From a virus (Duplodnaviria > Caudoviricetes): a DNA stretch of 64,000 nt. The notes under the pieces are model-generated. The model saw only the letters and a list, made by a program, of their open reading frames with translations. It did not search any database and had not been told where the DNA came from. The stretch is taken from the IMG/VR virus record IMGVR_UViG_3300017763_003980; one strand, written 5' to 3'. The position numbers and the translations under genes were made by a program. Positions 18,570 to 28,141 of the stretch are shown here, in pieces (the first letter of the stretch is position 1; the number at the start of each line of letters is the position of its first letter).

Positions 18570-19103
18570 TTAACTATTTGGATAAAAAATTGAACAGCCG
18601 TTTTCGTTATCTTCACTTACTTCAATTTCGACAAAACGGCCGGGATGTCGATTTGAAATTTCTTTATATAGTTCATCTGCAATCATTTCGCAGGATTTAT
18701 GATCTAGAACAAGCACTTGACCTTCAGCGGAATCACTGTATAGTCTTTCAAGCCATCGCTTGAACTGAATGAATTCAATGTCTCTATCATCGTGAAACAC
18801 CTCAATACGCACCCTGAAGTGGAAAATGTGACGATGAGGATGACCAAGAAAACTAACATCATCCCACCCACCTGTTGCAAGTTTGGGATCATCTAATGCT
18901 GCCGGATAACAATGAATACCTTCCTTTGAGAATGTAACCCATATACTTCGTTGTGCATTATTTAGTGCATTTTCTTTTTGCATTTTAGCATCTTCCTCTC
19001 TCATTCGTCTACCCATGTAATCATGATAGCTTTCACGATTGACTGCATCATACGATGGGTAACCTTTTTCAAAAACTGGTGATGTGTGTTCATCTTCTAC
19101 CAT
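18570..19103 (-). CDS. QueD-like T-fold protein (candidate DpdL)
   Basis: LGHPHRHIF (LxxxHRHxF) in place of the QueD CxxxHGH; DRDIEFI; SCEMIA. Confidence 0.7.
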   Translation of the reverse strand: MVEDEHTSPVFEKGYPSYDAVNRESYHDYMGRRMREEDAKMQKENALNNAQRSIWVTFSKEGIHCYPAALDDPKLATGGWDDVSFLGHPHRHIFHFRVRIEVFHDDRDIEFIQFKRWLERLYSDSAEGQVLVLDHKSCEMIADELYKEISNRHPGRFVEIEVSEDNENGCSIFYPNS

Positions 19104-19109
19104 ATTATT

Positions 19110-19138
19110 AGTATACTTTCATTTAATAGGTTTGTCAA
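19110..19138 (-). promoter_or_regulatory. sigma70-like promoter for the QueD-like gene
   Basis: TTGACA-N17-TATACT, 6 nt before the ATG. Confidence 0.7.
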
Positions 19139-19634
19139 GGCCATATTTGGACCAATTAGTAAATTTATTTGCATCCATCAAGTCATGAAGTCTGTGACTC
19201 CAAACACCTGGATTAGTTGCGGCAAATCCTTTGTCATCAATTTTAATCATAGTGTTGTAGTTCCATAGTTTTACATATGGAATCGGAACACGGATTTGCG
19301 GAATAAAATTGTCGTACTCTGTGAGACCGTCTTCCAAAATCTCTTCTGCACAAGTAATCGGAATATCTAAACTACACCAATAATCTTGTTTTAAGAAGTG
19401 TGTAATCATTTCTCCCCAACCAGGTCCGACCTTATTTGCTTGCACACTATGATTAGCACCAAAGAAAATATGTTTTACTTGATTATATGCCAATAGTTGT
19501 TCTTCGATATCTTTAACAGGTTGTACTCCTGTTACAAACAATGTATACATACCATATGCAGGAGTATGCTCTACTTCTGTACCAGTAAAGTATGTTACGT
19601 TATCAAACTCGCCTGCGTCATAATTTCTTTTCAT
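19119..19634 (-). CDS. conserved-looking hypothetical protein in the deazaguanine cluster
   Basis: 171 aa; GTEVEHTPAYG, HIFFGANHS, KIDD...NPGVW; alternating beta/alpha pattern. Confidence 0.7.
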   Translation of the reverse strand: MKRNYDAGEFDNVTYFTGTEVEHTPAYGMYTLFVTGVQPVKDIEEQLLAYNQVKHIFFGANHSVQANKVGPGWGEMITHFLKQDYWCSLDIPITCAEEILEDGLTEYDNFIPQIRVPIPYVKLWNYNTMIKIDDKGFAATNPGVWSHRLHDLMDANKFTNWSKYGLDKPIK

Positions 19635-19843
19635 GATATAGGTCCTAGGTCAACAAGTTTCTTTTCAATTCGATGTATTTCGTCTTTAAACCATAATTTT
19701 TTTGTTTTGAGTACTACAAGTTCTTGATCTGGCATTAATTTTTTATATCCTTCGATAATTTCTTTGTCCAGTGTTCTATGCTTTTTATAAAGTTCTTGTA
19801 GGTATATTGCATATTTTTCATGCTTCGCTGTGAAGTTGCTCAT
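19631..19843 (-). CDS. small coiled-coil protein (DUF465-like)
   Basis: KHRTLDKEI...LKTKKLWFKDEI. Confidence 0.6.
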   Translation of the reverse strand: MSNFTAKHEKYAIYLQELYKKHRTLDKEIIEGYKKLMPDQELVVLKTKKLWFKDEIHRIEKKLVDLGPIS

Positions 19844-21377
19844 CCTCTAGTACCTCTAACTTTTCTTCATTAAGTTCCTGCTCTTGTTCTTCTTCAACAT
19901 TATCGTCTGTGTCAAACAATGAATTAAAGTAGGTTTGTGCATTAACAGTCTTTTTACCAATAGCACCTCTAGTACCTGGTATTGACATCCAGAATTTTGA
20001 AAATTCTTCAATTACTGCATTCGCTTCGTCTCGACTGTCAGTTGCGAATATTGCTTCCACAACATCTCTAAAAAATAACCTGTCGAAACGTTCTTCAACA
20101 AGCATGTTCGGAATGATTCCATTGTCGTATTGTCTATTTGCTTCTTGTACTGCATTAATATGACTCCATACATTATGACCCATTTGGATCGCATATGAAA
20201 AACTATCCCAAGATGTTTTTCCTTCTTTACCTATTTTATTTAGATCTCCTGGACCATATATGCATATATCTTTGGCTTGTAGTTCAGCAGTAATAGGAGA
20301 ATCTTTAAAGCTAGTGTGCTTACCTTCTCTTACAAATGCACTGCCAAATGGTGTAGTATCTTGTGATAATCCTTTATCATCAATACTAGGAACCATTCGA
20401 TATACCCATTTCAATCTATCTTGTGTTTCGAGTTCACAATAAATCTGTCCATTAGCAGTTGCTAAGAAAGGACTTGCACAATCAAATGTAATCATAAAGT
20501 TTGGATTATGATATTTACGAACTGCTCTTTGTATATCAGTTAGTAGTGTAGCCCACTCTAGTTTTGATGTACCTAAGAAGTGCATTACATCATGTATGCC
20601 TGTTTCCAGTAGTCCGTCGAATCTCAATGCAACTAGACGTTTAAGAACCAAATGTACATCACACATGTTCTGACCACCCATTGACCACCCATTAAAATGT
20701 GTGTCTGGATATACTTTAGGATCGCAGTAGTCTTTCATTTGATTGTACCAATCATCTGCGTCTGCGTGATTTTCGCCTTGTAATACATTTAAAAATTTAC
20801 AAGCACCTGTTCTGTGCTTCATAAAATAATCATTGTTAATACGTGTTGCGGCTACTGCTTCTGCATATGTTGAAATACCTGTTGCTTTTGCACCTTCTGG
20901 AGAACGTGCTACCCAAGCTGGAATATCAAGTATCATTCCATAGTCCATGTAAGCATCCATCCATTTAAGAACACCGTCACGTTTCTTTTGTGCTTTAGGA
21001 CAGTTGGGATCTTTCCAGTCTCCTTCCCAAACGCCTTTACCAATTTGGAAACCGCCACTATCACCTAATAACCAAGTATTTGCTCTGTCTCTGTTTCGTA
21101 CCATATCTTCTTTAGGTACAAACTTAGTTGTGTCTAAGTCGGCATGCCCTGCAGAATACAAACACCATTTGTATTGGAACATACCTTCTTGTTTATTAAG
21201 ATAGTTTAAGCTTTCAACTCCATTTGGAAAGTTGCTAGGTACTCTAGCCGGATCAACATACGGACCTTTCACAGGATCAGGATGTCGCTGTTTACCAACA
21301 TACGTTGCAAAGAACCCGCTAAGTGCTGGTAAAAAAGTTGCGTAATCCTGTTGTGCTTTTGTCAAGTCTGTAATCAT
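19818..21377 (-). CDS. TGT-fold guanine transglycosylase, DpdA-like DNA modification enzyme
   Basis: GDSGGFQ, MILDIP, NVLQG, GWSMGG, HFLGTS and TFDCASP TGT motifs; clustered with folE and queE. Confidence 0.8.
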   Translation of the reverse strand: MITDLTKAQQDYATFLPALSGFFATYVGKQRHPDPVKGPYVDPARVPSNFPNGVESLNYLNKQEGMFQYKWCLYSAGHADLDTTKFVPKEDMVRNRDRANTWLLGDSGGFQIGKGVWEGDWKDPNCPKAQKKRDGVLKWMDAYMDYGMILDIPAWVARSPEGAKATGISTYAEAVAATRINNDYFMKHRTGACKFLNVLQGENHADADDWYNQMKDYCDPKVYPDTHFNGWSMGGQNMCDVHLVLKRLVALRFDGLLETGIHDVMHFLGTSKLEWATLLTDIQRAVRKYHNPNFMITFDCASPFLATANGQIYCELETQDRLKWVYRMVPSIDDKGLSQDTTPFGSAFVREGKHTSFKDSPITAELQAKDICIYGPGDLNKIGKEGKTSWDSFSYAIQMGHNVWSHINAVQEANRQYDNGIIPNMLVEERFDRLFFRDVVEAIFATDSRDEANAVIEEFSKFWMSIPGTRGAIGKKTVNAQTYFNSLFDTDDNVEEEQEQELNEEKLEVLEDEQLHSEA

Positions 21378-21580
21378 TATTTTCCCATATTCATTGGCGA
21401 ATATTGTTCGCCATTATATTGAGACCCAGTTTTATTTGGTCCAGTCTCAACACCGTTATTACATGCAAATACTACAACGCAAAGAAAAATTGCACTCCAC
21501 ATCAAGCCTTTCTTAGACCAAGCCATAAAGCCGTCCATAGCTTGTTCTGCTTGTTTTTGTGCTTGTTCTGCTGGAGTCAT
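21377..21580 (-). CDS. small membrane protein or lipoprotein
   Basis: Hydrophobic stretch LMWSAIFLCVVVFAC. Confidence 0.6.
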   Translation of the reverse strand: MTPAEQAQKQAEQAMDGFMAWSKKGLMWSAIFLCVVVFACNNGVETGPNKTGSQYNGEQYSPMNMGK

Positions 21581-22312
21581 TTATTTGCTCTGTGCTGGAA
21601 GTATGTAATCATATTTTGCCAAACCACTATCTACACTAATTTGCATAGCACCTTGATCACTAATACTCATAGTAATATCACCATCTAAATTTAAGATAGC
21701 TTGCACTTGTGCAACAGGCCAACTCCATGTATGAGATAATGTACCTTCGACACCAGCTTCAAAAACAAATGTACCTGCGTGTGTACTTGCATCACCAAAG
21801 CTAAACACTAAGTCATTGTCTTTAGTTGAAACATTAAATGTAGGCTCTTCTGAGTGTGCCGCACTTTGCAATTTCATTCTACCAATTGCTGCCATACTAG
21901 GTTGAAATGTTACATTCCAAGACGCACCTTTAAATTTTACACTTTTAAGTTTTTCTTCAATGATCTGTTTATTCATAAATCGATAATCATTTTCAAAGTC
22001 ACCACTTGCGTTTTCAAAGTGTATATGTGTAGGAATAACTTCACCGTTCCTATCAGCAGTTACTACATCAATTTTAGCATCTTTTTGATACTCAGGATTT
22101 TTTAAATGTAATGCTAGTTTATCTAGGTTAGGCATTCCAAATGTGCCGTTAAATTCTGACACAGCTGAGTGCGTAGTAGAATTTAAAATCACAGAACGAT
22201 CTTCTGCCATACTTTCGAAAGTTGTTGCTTCGCTTTCACTGTTTACCTTTACTAAGCTTAAAAAGCCTAGTGCGTGGGTTTTAGCAACAACGTCTTGTAA
22301 AATGTCTTTCAT
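21581..22312 (-). CDS. DNA polymerase sliding clamp (gp45/PCNA-like)
   Basis: 243 aa with a repeated beta/alpha pattern, located between replication genes; assigned from size, pattern and context. Confidence 0.65.
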   Translation of the reverse strand: MKDILQDVVAKTHALGFLSLVKVNSESEATTFESMAEDRSVILNSTTHSAVSEFNGTFGMPNLDKLALHLKNPEYQKDAKIDVVTADRNGEVIPTHIHFENASGDFENDYRFMNKQIIEEKLKSVKFKGASWNVTFQPSMAAIGRMKLQSAAHSEEPTFNVSTKDNDLVFSFGDASTHAGTFVFEAGVEGTLSHTWSWPVAQVQAILNLDGDITMSISDQGAMQISVDSGLAKYDYILPAQSK

Positions 22313-23073
22313 GCGGGTTCTCCATTAGTTATATTAAGTATAATGCCTTTATCAGCGTTTGTCAAGTAGTTTTCTATACTATATTTAGGTTTAAAGCCTA
22401 AGCTTTTCATTTTTTCTGTATTAGCACATGTAAATGTCCTTTCGTTCGGGGTATTTAGACGAATAGGAGCATCAGGTGCTAAGTCACGGACTTTAATCGG
22501 GTTACCTGATCCGATGTCTAATACTCCTTTGACATGGGGTTTATTAATTAGTATTTGTATAGCATCGCAAACATCATTAATATGTATGAAGTCTCGATGA
22601 TGGTTAGTTACGTATTCTAATTTATTGTTAAAAAGTTTATCAAGAAACATTCCTTTTCTTGGAGTGTCACTCCATACAGTATGAAATCTCATACCTAATG
22701 TATTTGGATAGCGTTCTGCTAATTCTTCTAGCACATATTTACTTGCCGCATAAGGATTTAAGTCTGGTTCGTATGCACTCGAACTGCTCGCATACAATAT
22801 ACGTGTTTCAGGATAACGCTCAAACAATCGCCTACTTGCTTCTATATTATTCTGCCAATATGCCGCAGGATCATTAATGCTTTCACGAACACCAGAACGT
22901 CCTGCTAAGTGTATAATTAAATCAAAATCTACGTTAGGTAAATCACAAGTAAGCAAGTCTTGTCCGTCTAATAAATCGATACCTACTACGTCATTGTGTA
23001 ATAGTCTTTTGTGCAATCTACTACCAATAAATCCTCTATGACCTGTTAGTAGTATTTTTTGTACGGCTATCAT
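22309..23073 (-). CDS. NAD-dependent epimerase/dehydratase (extended SDR)
   Basis: Start refined to the ATG at 23073. TGHRGFIGS, IHLAG, ASSSSAY, YAASK, RDFIHINDV. Confidence 0.9.
   Translation of the reverse strand: MIAVQKILLTGHRGFIGSRLHKRLLHNDVVGIDLLDGQDLLTCDLPNVDFDLIIHLAGRSGVRESINDPAAYWQNNIEASRRLFERYPETRILYASSSSAYEPDLNPYAASKYVLEELAERYPNTLGMRFHTVWSDTPRKGMFLDKLFNNKLEYVTNHHRDFIHINDVCDAIQILINKPHVKGVLDIGSGNPIKVRDLAPDAPIRLNTPNERTFTCANTEKMKSLGFKPKYSIENYLTNADKGIILNITNGEPA
22337..22365 (-). promoter_or_regulatory. sigma70-like promoter for the clamp gene
   Basis: TTGACA-N17-TATACT within the 3' end of the epimerase gene. Confidence 0.65.
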
Positions 23074-23789
23074 GATGCTATTCCAGACTCTTGAAAAAAT
23101 TGTAGATACTCTCTTGTTTGCTGCCAACTACTTACTGCTCTAGTGTGGTTCACAACTTGTGCTAAAGGATAATCGTTTCCGTCCTTATCCATTCTATCTC
23201 CGAAGAAATATTTAGTATCTTCGGCATCAAAGTCTTTTATAATTTGTGCTTTATCAGTGCCGATAGGTGATATATCGATACCTGTTTCTCCGCCTACTGT
23301 TGCCTTGATCTTAGGAAACAATGCATTGAATTGTCTTGCAATTATTTCACGTTCAGAAGTTAAAGAGTCATAAACTACATATTTTTCTCTTTGTTCTTTT
23401 GTTGCATTGCGACCAACAACACTAAAATTTACCATACCAGGACGATGTTCAAAATGCAATCCTGTTCGTAAGTTGAAATCACTTTCTGTGAGCTCAATAC
23501 TAAGCCACTCGTGTGCATCTTCTGGTAATATCCAATCGTTAGATCTAACATTTACATCTTTTTCCCAAACATCATTACCATTGCAATTATATACACGTTT
23601 ACAGCTATTATAAATTGTTTCGCCGATTTGTTCGAGCGTTTTAGGCCGATCACTGCCTGTAACAAGATAAACATCATTTGATTGGCAAAACGATTTAAAC
23701 CAAACTGCAAATCGTTCATCGATTACTTGCCTGCTCGGAGTTAATGTTCCGTCAACATCAAAAATAAATTTATTTTTTACTTTTTTCAC
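23070..23789 (-). CDS. phosphomannomutase, HAD-IIB (eukaryote PMM-type)
   Basis: Start refined to GTG at 23789. FDVDGTLT, VTGSD, EHRPGMVNFSVVGR, GGETGID, FFGD...GNDYP. Confidence 0.88.
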   Translation of the reverse strand: MKKVKNKFIFDVDGTLTPSRQVIDERFAVWFKSFCQSNDVYLVTGSDRPKTLEQIGETIYNSCKRVYNCNGNDVWEKDVNVRSNDWILPEDAHEWLSIELTESDFNLRTGLHFEHRPGMVNFSVVGRNATKEQREKYVVYDSLTSEREIIARQFNALFPKIKATVGGETGIDISPIGTDKAQIIKDFDAEDTKYFFGDRMDKDGNDYPLAQVVNHTRAVSSWQQTREYLQFFQESGIAS

Positions 23790-23949
23790 CCTTCTTTTTC
23801 CTTTTTGCATACATACCACTAGTATATTCTACTTCTTCAGATCTAGCACCATATGGATAAACTGTAATTTCGTTGCCTTTAGCTAACCATTCTTTGACTA
23901 ATTTTCTGTCTGCTTCAATAGCCAATCTCTTTTCTTCTGCGTCAGTCAT
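23770..23949 (-). CDS. hypothetical 59-aa protein (not in ORF track)
   Basis: MTDAEEKRLAIEADRKLVKEWLAKGNEITVYPYG...; ATGA overlap with the upstream stop. Confidence 0.6.
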   Translation of the reverse strand: MTDAEEKRLAIEADRKLVKEWLAKGNEITVYPYGARSEEVEYTSGMYAKRKKKGEKSKK

Positions 23950-24362
23950 TTCTTCTCCGTGTCAGCTACTCGTGAACGTAAATCACTTGTGCTGAATCGG
24001 TGATCTCGTTTATTAAAATGCAAATCTATATCTCTACTACGACATATATCCTTGCCAGTAAAATCCTTATCGCGATATTCTTCTCCTAATATTCTAATGT
24101 TTATAGGATACATCTGCAAAATATCTTCTAAATCTTCTTCTGTGCCATAAGGGATAATTTCATCTACATAACCAACTGCTTTTAATTGTGTATAACGTTC
24201 TACAATAGTTTGTATTGGTGAGTTCTTTTCTTTTCTATCTACGCTAGGATCAACTTGTAACCCCACTAACAAATAGTCGCATTGCTCTTTCGCTTCACGT
24301 AGCATAATTACATGTCCTGCATGTAATAGATCAAATGTACTGCAAGTAAATCCTACTTTCAT
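23946..24362 (-). CDS. cytidylyltransferase (TagD/RfaE-like)
   Basis: FDLLHAGH (HxGH), LLVGL, RDHRFSTS. Confidence 0.88.
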   Translation of the reverse strand: MKVGFTCSTFDLLHAGHVIMLREAKEQCDYLLVGLQVDPSVDRKEKNSPIQTIVERYTQLKAVGYVDEIIPYGTEEDLEDILQMYPINIRILGEEYRDKDFTGKDICRSRDIDLHFNKRDHRFSTSDLRSRVADTEKK

Positions 24363-24691
24363 TAGTGTTTCCTTTGCCCGTCAAAGACGCAAATAAAATA
24401 CATGTCTGCATCACGTGGATTTATTACTTTATGGAATACACCATCATTGATAGGTACTACATCGCCTGCTTCTACTTCGATAAATTCATTATCCAATTGC
24501 ATTTGTCCTGCCCCTTCGATAAACAAATATACTTCTTCTTGTCCATCATGTTTATGTCCACTTGTTTCTTTATGTCCGTGTAATCTGGTACTGCTTAGGA
24601 CTAGTGTATTACCAAAAGGATTGTCTTTAACAACATACCTATCATCTTGTTTTGCAATATAACCGCCTATGTCATCCAGATTTACTTTCAT
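24362..24691 (-). CDS. cupin protein (mannose-6-phosphate isomerase-like)
   Basis: GHKHDGQEEVYLFIEG...GVFHKVIN. Confidence 0.8.
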   Translation of the reverse strand: MKVNLDDIGGYIAKQDDRYVVKDNPFGNTLVLSSTRLHGHKETSGHKHDGQEEVYLFIEGAGQMQLDNEFIEVEAGDVVPINDGVFHKVINPRDADMYFICVFDGQRKH

Positions 24692-24792
24692 TGTCTCTCC
24701 TTTAGTTCTTTTAGTACATCCATTATTTGTTCTACTAAGTCTGCATCATCAGGCTTATCAGAATCAATTTCAATCTCTACTTTAATTTTCAT
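24688..24792 (-). CDS. hypothetical 34-aa protein (not in ORF track)
   Basis: MKIKVEIEIDSDKPDDADLVEQIMDVLKELKERQ; SD GGAGA; ATGA overlap with the cupin gene. Confidence 0.6.
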   Translation of the reverse strand: MKIKVEIEIDSDKPDDADLVEQIMDVLKELKERQ

Positions 24793-27462
24793 TTATTCTC
24801 CAAAATCAAATAAACTGTTAAACGTATTGTTACGCTTTGTATCTTCTAACGGATAGTTTAGCACACCAATTAAGTTGTCTAGCTTATTATCAATAATAGT
24901 TTCTGCCATTGCTGCATCGTCAAATGGCAGTTCTTTGAACCAATCAGGTATATGAAGCTCATCTGTTGGATAAGCAACACTTGTATACCCTAGTGGGTTC
25001 TGTTTTAATTTACAAACAATAACTTTCATACCGTCAACAATTTCTTGCGAATACTTGTCGCCATTCATGCGTTTAAGTGTATTCCAGTTAATGCTTGCTC
25101 GTACATGACCAGGCATATTTGCCTTGCCTTGTTTTTCTTCTAGTCGCTGATAGTGACCAATTTTATTAGCACGTTTCGGCGAACCCTTTTCCCAACCAGG
25201 ACGTTCACTAAACTCTTTACGGAATACAGTAATACGTTCTAGTACATCTTCTACTGGCTTGTCTGTTAGTACCATTAGTAATAGTTCACTTAAAAACTCT
25301 TGCATAAACACAGGTGTATCTGATCTACGCAAGTCTAAGCCCATAGCTTTTACTTTTCCAGCTTTGCCATCAACGTCAGTTCTAAACCCTTCGTTGTCAA
25401 TTACTAGTGCTGCATAACGTTTCTTAGTAATATATAATCCGCTTTCTGCAACAATTTCTCTACCAGCTGCAATAACTTCTGCACGACTTGCTGGACAGTG
25501 AAATGCTTGGGCCATAAATTTTGTAAACGTACTATCTACAGCCTCGCTTACTTGATCATAAAGCTTAATAGCATTTTCTTTTGACCATGGAATTTTACCT
25601 GAATCAATATCAGCTTTAAGTGTTGGGTATGCACTAAAATATACAGAGTCAGTGTCACCATAAATTACTGCTTCACCTGTGTGATCATACTTACCTGCAA
25701 TGACGTTGTTAGCTTCTGCACTCATATGCTTAACAATAGTTCGACCACTTAGTGTGGTTGATTGACCAATTCTTTTATCAAAAAATCTACAGCCTGGATT
25801 TAAAATAGCACCATACAAACTATTCAAGTTAATCTTCTTAACAAGTTGACGTTTGTCCCAGTATTCAATTTCAATAGAATTGCCTGCGTCTTTTGCTTTT
25901 TTAAGTTGTGCTTGTAGATCTTTACGTTCACTATACCAACGCTTTAGAAGTCCAGGAATAACACCTTCGTATTCTGTTGTAAAAATTGTGCCATTTGAAC
26001 TAAGCATCCAAGGTTTATTACTATCAAAGATTACTTTGTATATTTCAGCACCACTCATTACCTTTGATTCGCCGTTCTCAAAGTCAACTGTAAGTGCAAC
26101 ATCTTTGCGTTGCTCCATAACAGCTTCGTATTCTTCTGTACTAAAACGCCCTTCCCAACTACCTGCAAATGACTTTTTCTTTAGACCCATATCTTCTGTT
26201 ACACGAGCATCTGAAATATCAGGACGTATTTGTCCAACAATAGTTGCCGGATCCATATTCAATGCACGAATTACACTAGGATATAGACTGTTCAAGTCCA
26301 TACTTGCAATCCATTTGTGCAGTCCTTTTTTCGGAAATGCCACATACGCACCTGCGGCTTGTGTGTTTTCATCATCACGTTTTGCACGATTAGGAACTTG
26401 CATGCCTCGATGATGTGCTTCGTTGACAATGGCTTGTTCTGTAACTGCTACGGCCCCCATAGTGGTTTGTAGCAAAACAGTGTTTGCATGAGCAAGTTCG
26501 TTACTAAGATCAATAAATCTTAGTTTTTTGTCCAGCTTGTCCAGTAGTGCGGTATCTTGTATGTTGTATTCGATGAACTTTCTAAAGTCATTGTTGTACA
26601 ATGCGTCCAAAGTACCTTCATAAGGGACCTTGTTCTCGCCAACTTCGATTTCGCCAATGGCATCAAGTCTATATGTGTGTCTTTCTTCATATGTATATTT
26701 ACGATATAAATTCAAACTATCTAAATGCACTCTGCCTATTAGGTCAAAGGTTTGTGCTATTTTACCATACTTTTCATATTCACGCTTCTTAGGAAGTTGT
26801 CCCCACAAGCAAAATCTACGTGTGTCATCTTTGCTTAGTACACGAGCAGTTCTGTTTACAGTATAAGGAATATCATAACCTTCGCTGTTCCAACCTGATA
26901 AGATATCACTATCTTCAATCAGTGTCAAGAAAGTGTCAATCATGTCACCTTCTTTTTCAAACAACATTACATTGTCGATACCTTCAAGTTCTTTTTTAGC
27001 TTCGTCCATAGTAAGTGTCTTAGGAGGAACAGCCAAGCATACCATTGTTTCTAACCATTGCAAGTATACTGAGATACTTGTAATAGGCATAAAGGGATCA
27101 CTTGGATCAGCAAAGCCTCTCTCTGGATCAAAGTCAGTCTCAATATCAAAGAATGCAATGTTTAGTTTAGGTGCATCTTGATTAAGATAGTTTTCACTTA
27201 AACATTGAAATATAGGATTAATGTCGCTTTCGAATAGTTGCTTGTCTCTATTAATAGCAACTTCTTTGCGGAAGTCTTTTGTGTTTTTGCAAACAATACG
27301 ACTTAGTGGGTCACCGTATATACTTTTATACTTGCCACGTTGGTCTTTGTAATAAAAAGTATACTTTACCGGATACTCTGTAAAATGTCTTTTGCCTTCT
27401 CGACGTTCAACAGCTCTAATAATATCAGAATCTCTATCGAACATTGCGTCCACGTAACTCAA
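24793..27462 (-). CDS. family B DNA polymerase (gp43-like)
   Basis: ExoI DIETD, ExoII WNSEGYD, ExoIII YNIQD; polymerase motifs DLNSLYPS, KINLNSLYG, YGDTDS; TTG start after SD GAGGAGG. Confidence 0.96.
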   Translation of the reverse strand: MSYVDAMFDRDSDIIRAVERREGKRHFTEYPVKYTFYYKDQRGKYKSIYGDPLSRIVCKNTKDFRKEVAINRDKQLFESDINPIFQCLSENYLNQDAPKLNIAFFDIETDFDPERGFADPSDPFMPITSISVYLQWLETMVCLAVPPKTLTMDEAKKELEGIDNVMLFEKEGDMIDTFLTLIEDSDILSGWNSEGYDIPYTVNRTARVLSKDDTRRFCLWGQLPKKREYEKYGKIAQTFDLIGRVHLDSLNLYRKYTYEERHTYRLDAIGEIEVGENKVPYEGTLDALYNNDFRKFIEYNIQDTALLDKLDKKLRFIDLSNELAHANTVLLQTTMGAVAVTEQAIVNEAHHRGMQVPNRAKRDDENTQAAGAYVAFPKKGLHKWIASMDLNSLYPSVIRALNMDPATIVGQIRPDISDARVTEDMGLKKKSFAGSWEGRFSTEEYEAVMEQRKDVALTVDFENGESKVMSGAEIYKVIFDSNKPWMLSSNGTIFTTEYEGVIPGLLKRWYSERKDLQAQLKKAKDAGNSIEIEYWDKRQLVKKINLNSLYGAILNPGCRFFDKRIGQSTTLSGRTIVKHMSAEANNVIAGKYDHTGEAVIYGDTDSVYFSAYPTLKADIDSGKIPWSKENAIKLYDQVSEAVDSTFTKFMAQAFHCPASRAEVIAAGREIVAESGLYITKKRYAALVIDNEGFRTDVDGKAGKVKAMGLDLRRSDTPVFMQEFLSELLLMVLTDKPVEDVLERITVFRKEFSERPGWEKGSPKRANKIGHYQRLEEKQGKANMPGHVRASINWNTLKRMNGDKYSQEIVDGMKVIVCKLKQNPLGYTSVAYPTDELHIPDWFKELPFDDAAMAETIIDNKLDNLIGVLNYPLEDTKRNNTFNSLFDFGE

Positions 27463-27538
27463 ATCTTTGCCTCCTCGTTGCTTGCGGCCAACGCTAACCT
27501 TACTTGCTCTTTAGTGAGCGAATCTATACTAATATATA

Positions 27539-27820
27539 TCACTGTAACACAAACAATTGTATTAAAGCGATTGTATTCATTACAACAAACCAGCTACATA
27601 ATATAATTGTAAATGCCGCTTTGCGTATAACAGTACTAATCAAACCTAGCAAACTACCTATGAGATACATAGGAATAAAAATTTCAGTTGCAGGATCGAG
27701 TACTGTAAATGTTAGTACTGCACTAGCACCTACTAGGAAAATAGTTTCAACTAATTCACAGTAGAATGCAAATGGACTTAGTCGATAACTTTCTTTGAAG
27801 TAGCCAACGATACCATTCAC
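27539..27820 (-). CDS. small multi-pass membrane protein
   Basis: Three to four hydrophobic segments. Confidence 0.7.
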   Translation of the reverse strand: MNGIVGYFKESYRLSPFAFYCELVETIFLVGASAVLTFTVLDPATEIFIPMYLIGSLLGLISTVIRKAAFTIILCSWFVVMNTIALIQLFVLQ

Positions 27821-28077
27821 TTATCTTTACCCACTGTTACAACAAGTGTTTCAAGATCATCAAACGCATCGGCATGTTGTGCCCAATCGCCTTTTTGTGC
27901 AATCTTAATTGCTTTGTTAATAAGAGTAGGTTTCATGTCCAATTCTTCTGCTACTGCTTTAACAGTTTCCTTTAGACCTGTGCTTAAATCTTCAATTTCT
28001 TGTAATACTGTTACGCCTTCGTTGACAAGACGTTCTAACTTAGCTTTTTCTTCAGCGCCATAGGTGCGATCACTCAT
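27817..28077 (-). CDS. T4 DsbA/GapR-like dsDNA-binding protein
   Basis: 86-aa helical pattern LERLVNE...IEDL...LKETVKAVAEELD...LINKAIK. Confidence 0.6.
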   Translation of the reverse strand: MSDRTYGAEEKAKLERLVNEGVTVLQEIEDLSTGLKETVKAVAEELDMKPTLINKAIKIAQKGDWAQHADAFDDLETLVVTVGKDK

Positions 28078-28112
28078 ACAATTTCTCCATTAGGTGTTAG
28101 TGTAATTGTATT

Positions 28113-28141
28113 ATTATACTACAGTTTTAAGGGGTTGTCAA
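28113..28141 (-). promoter_or_regulatory. sigma70-like promoter
   Basis: TTGACA-N17-TATAAT. Confidence 0.8.
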
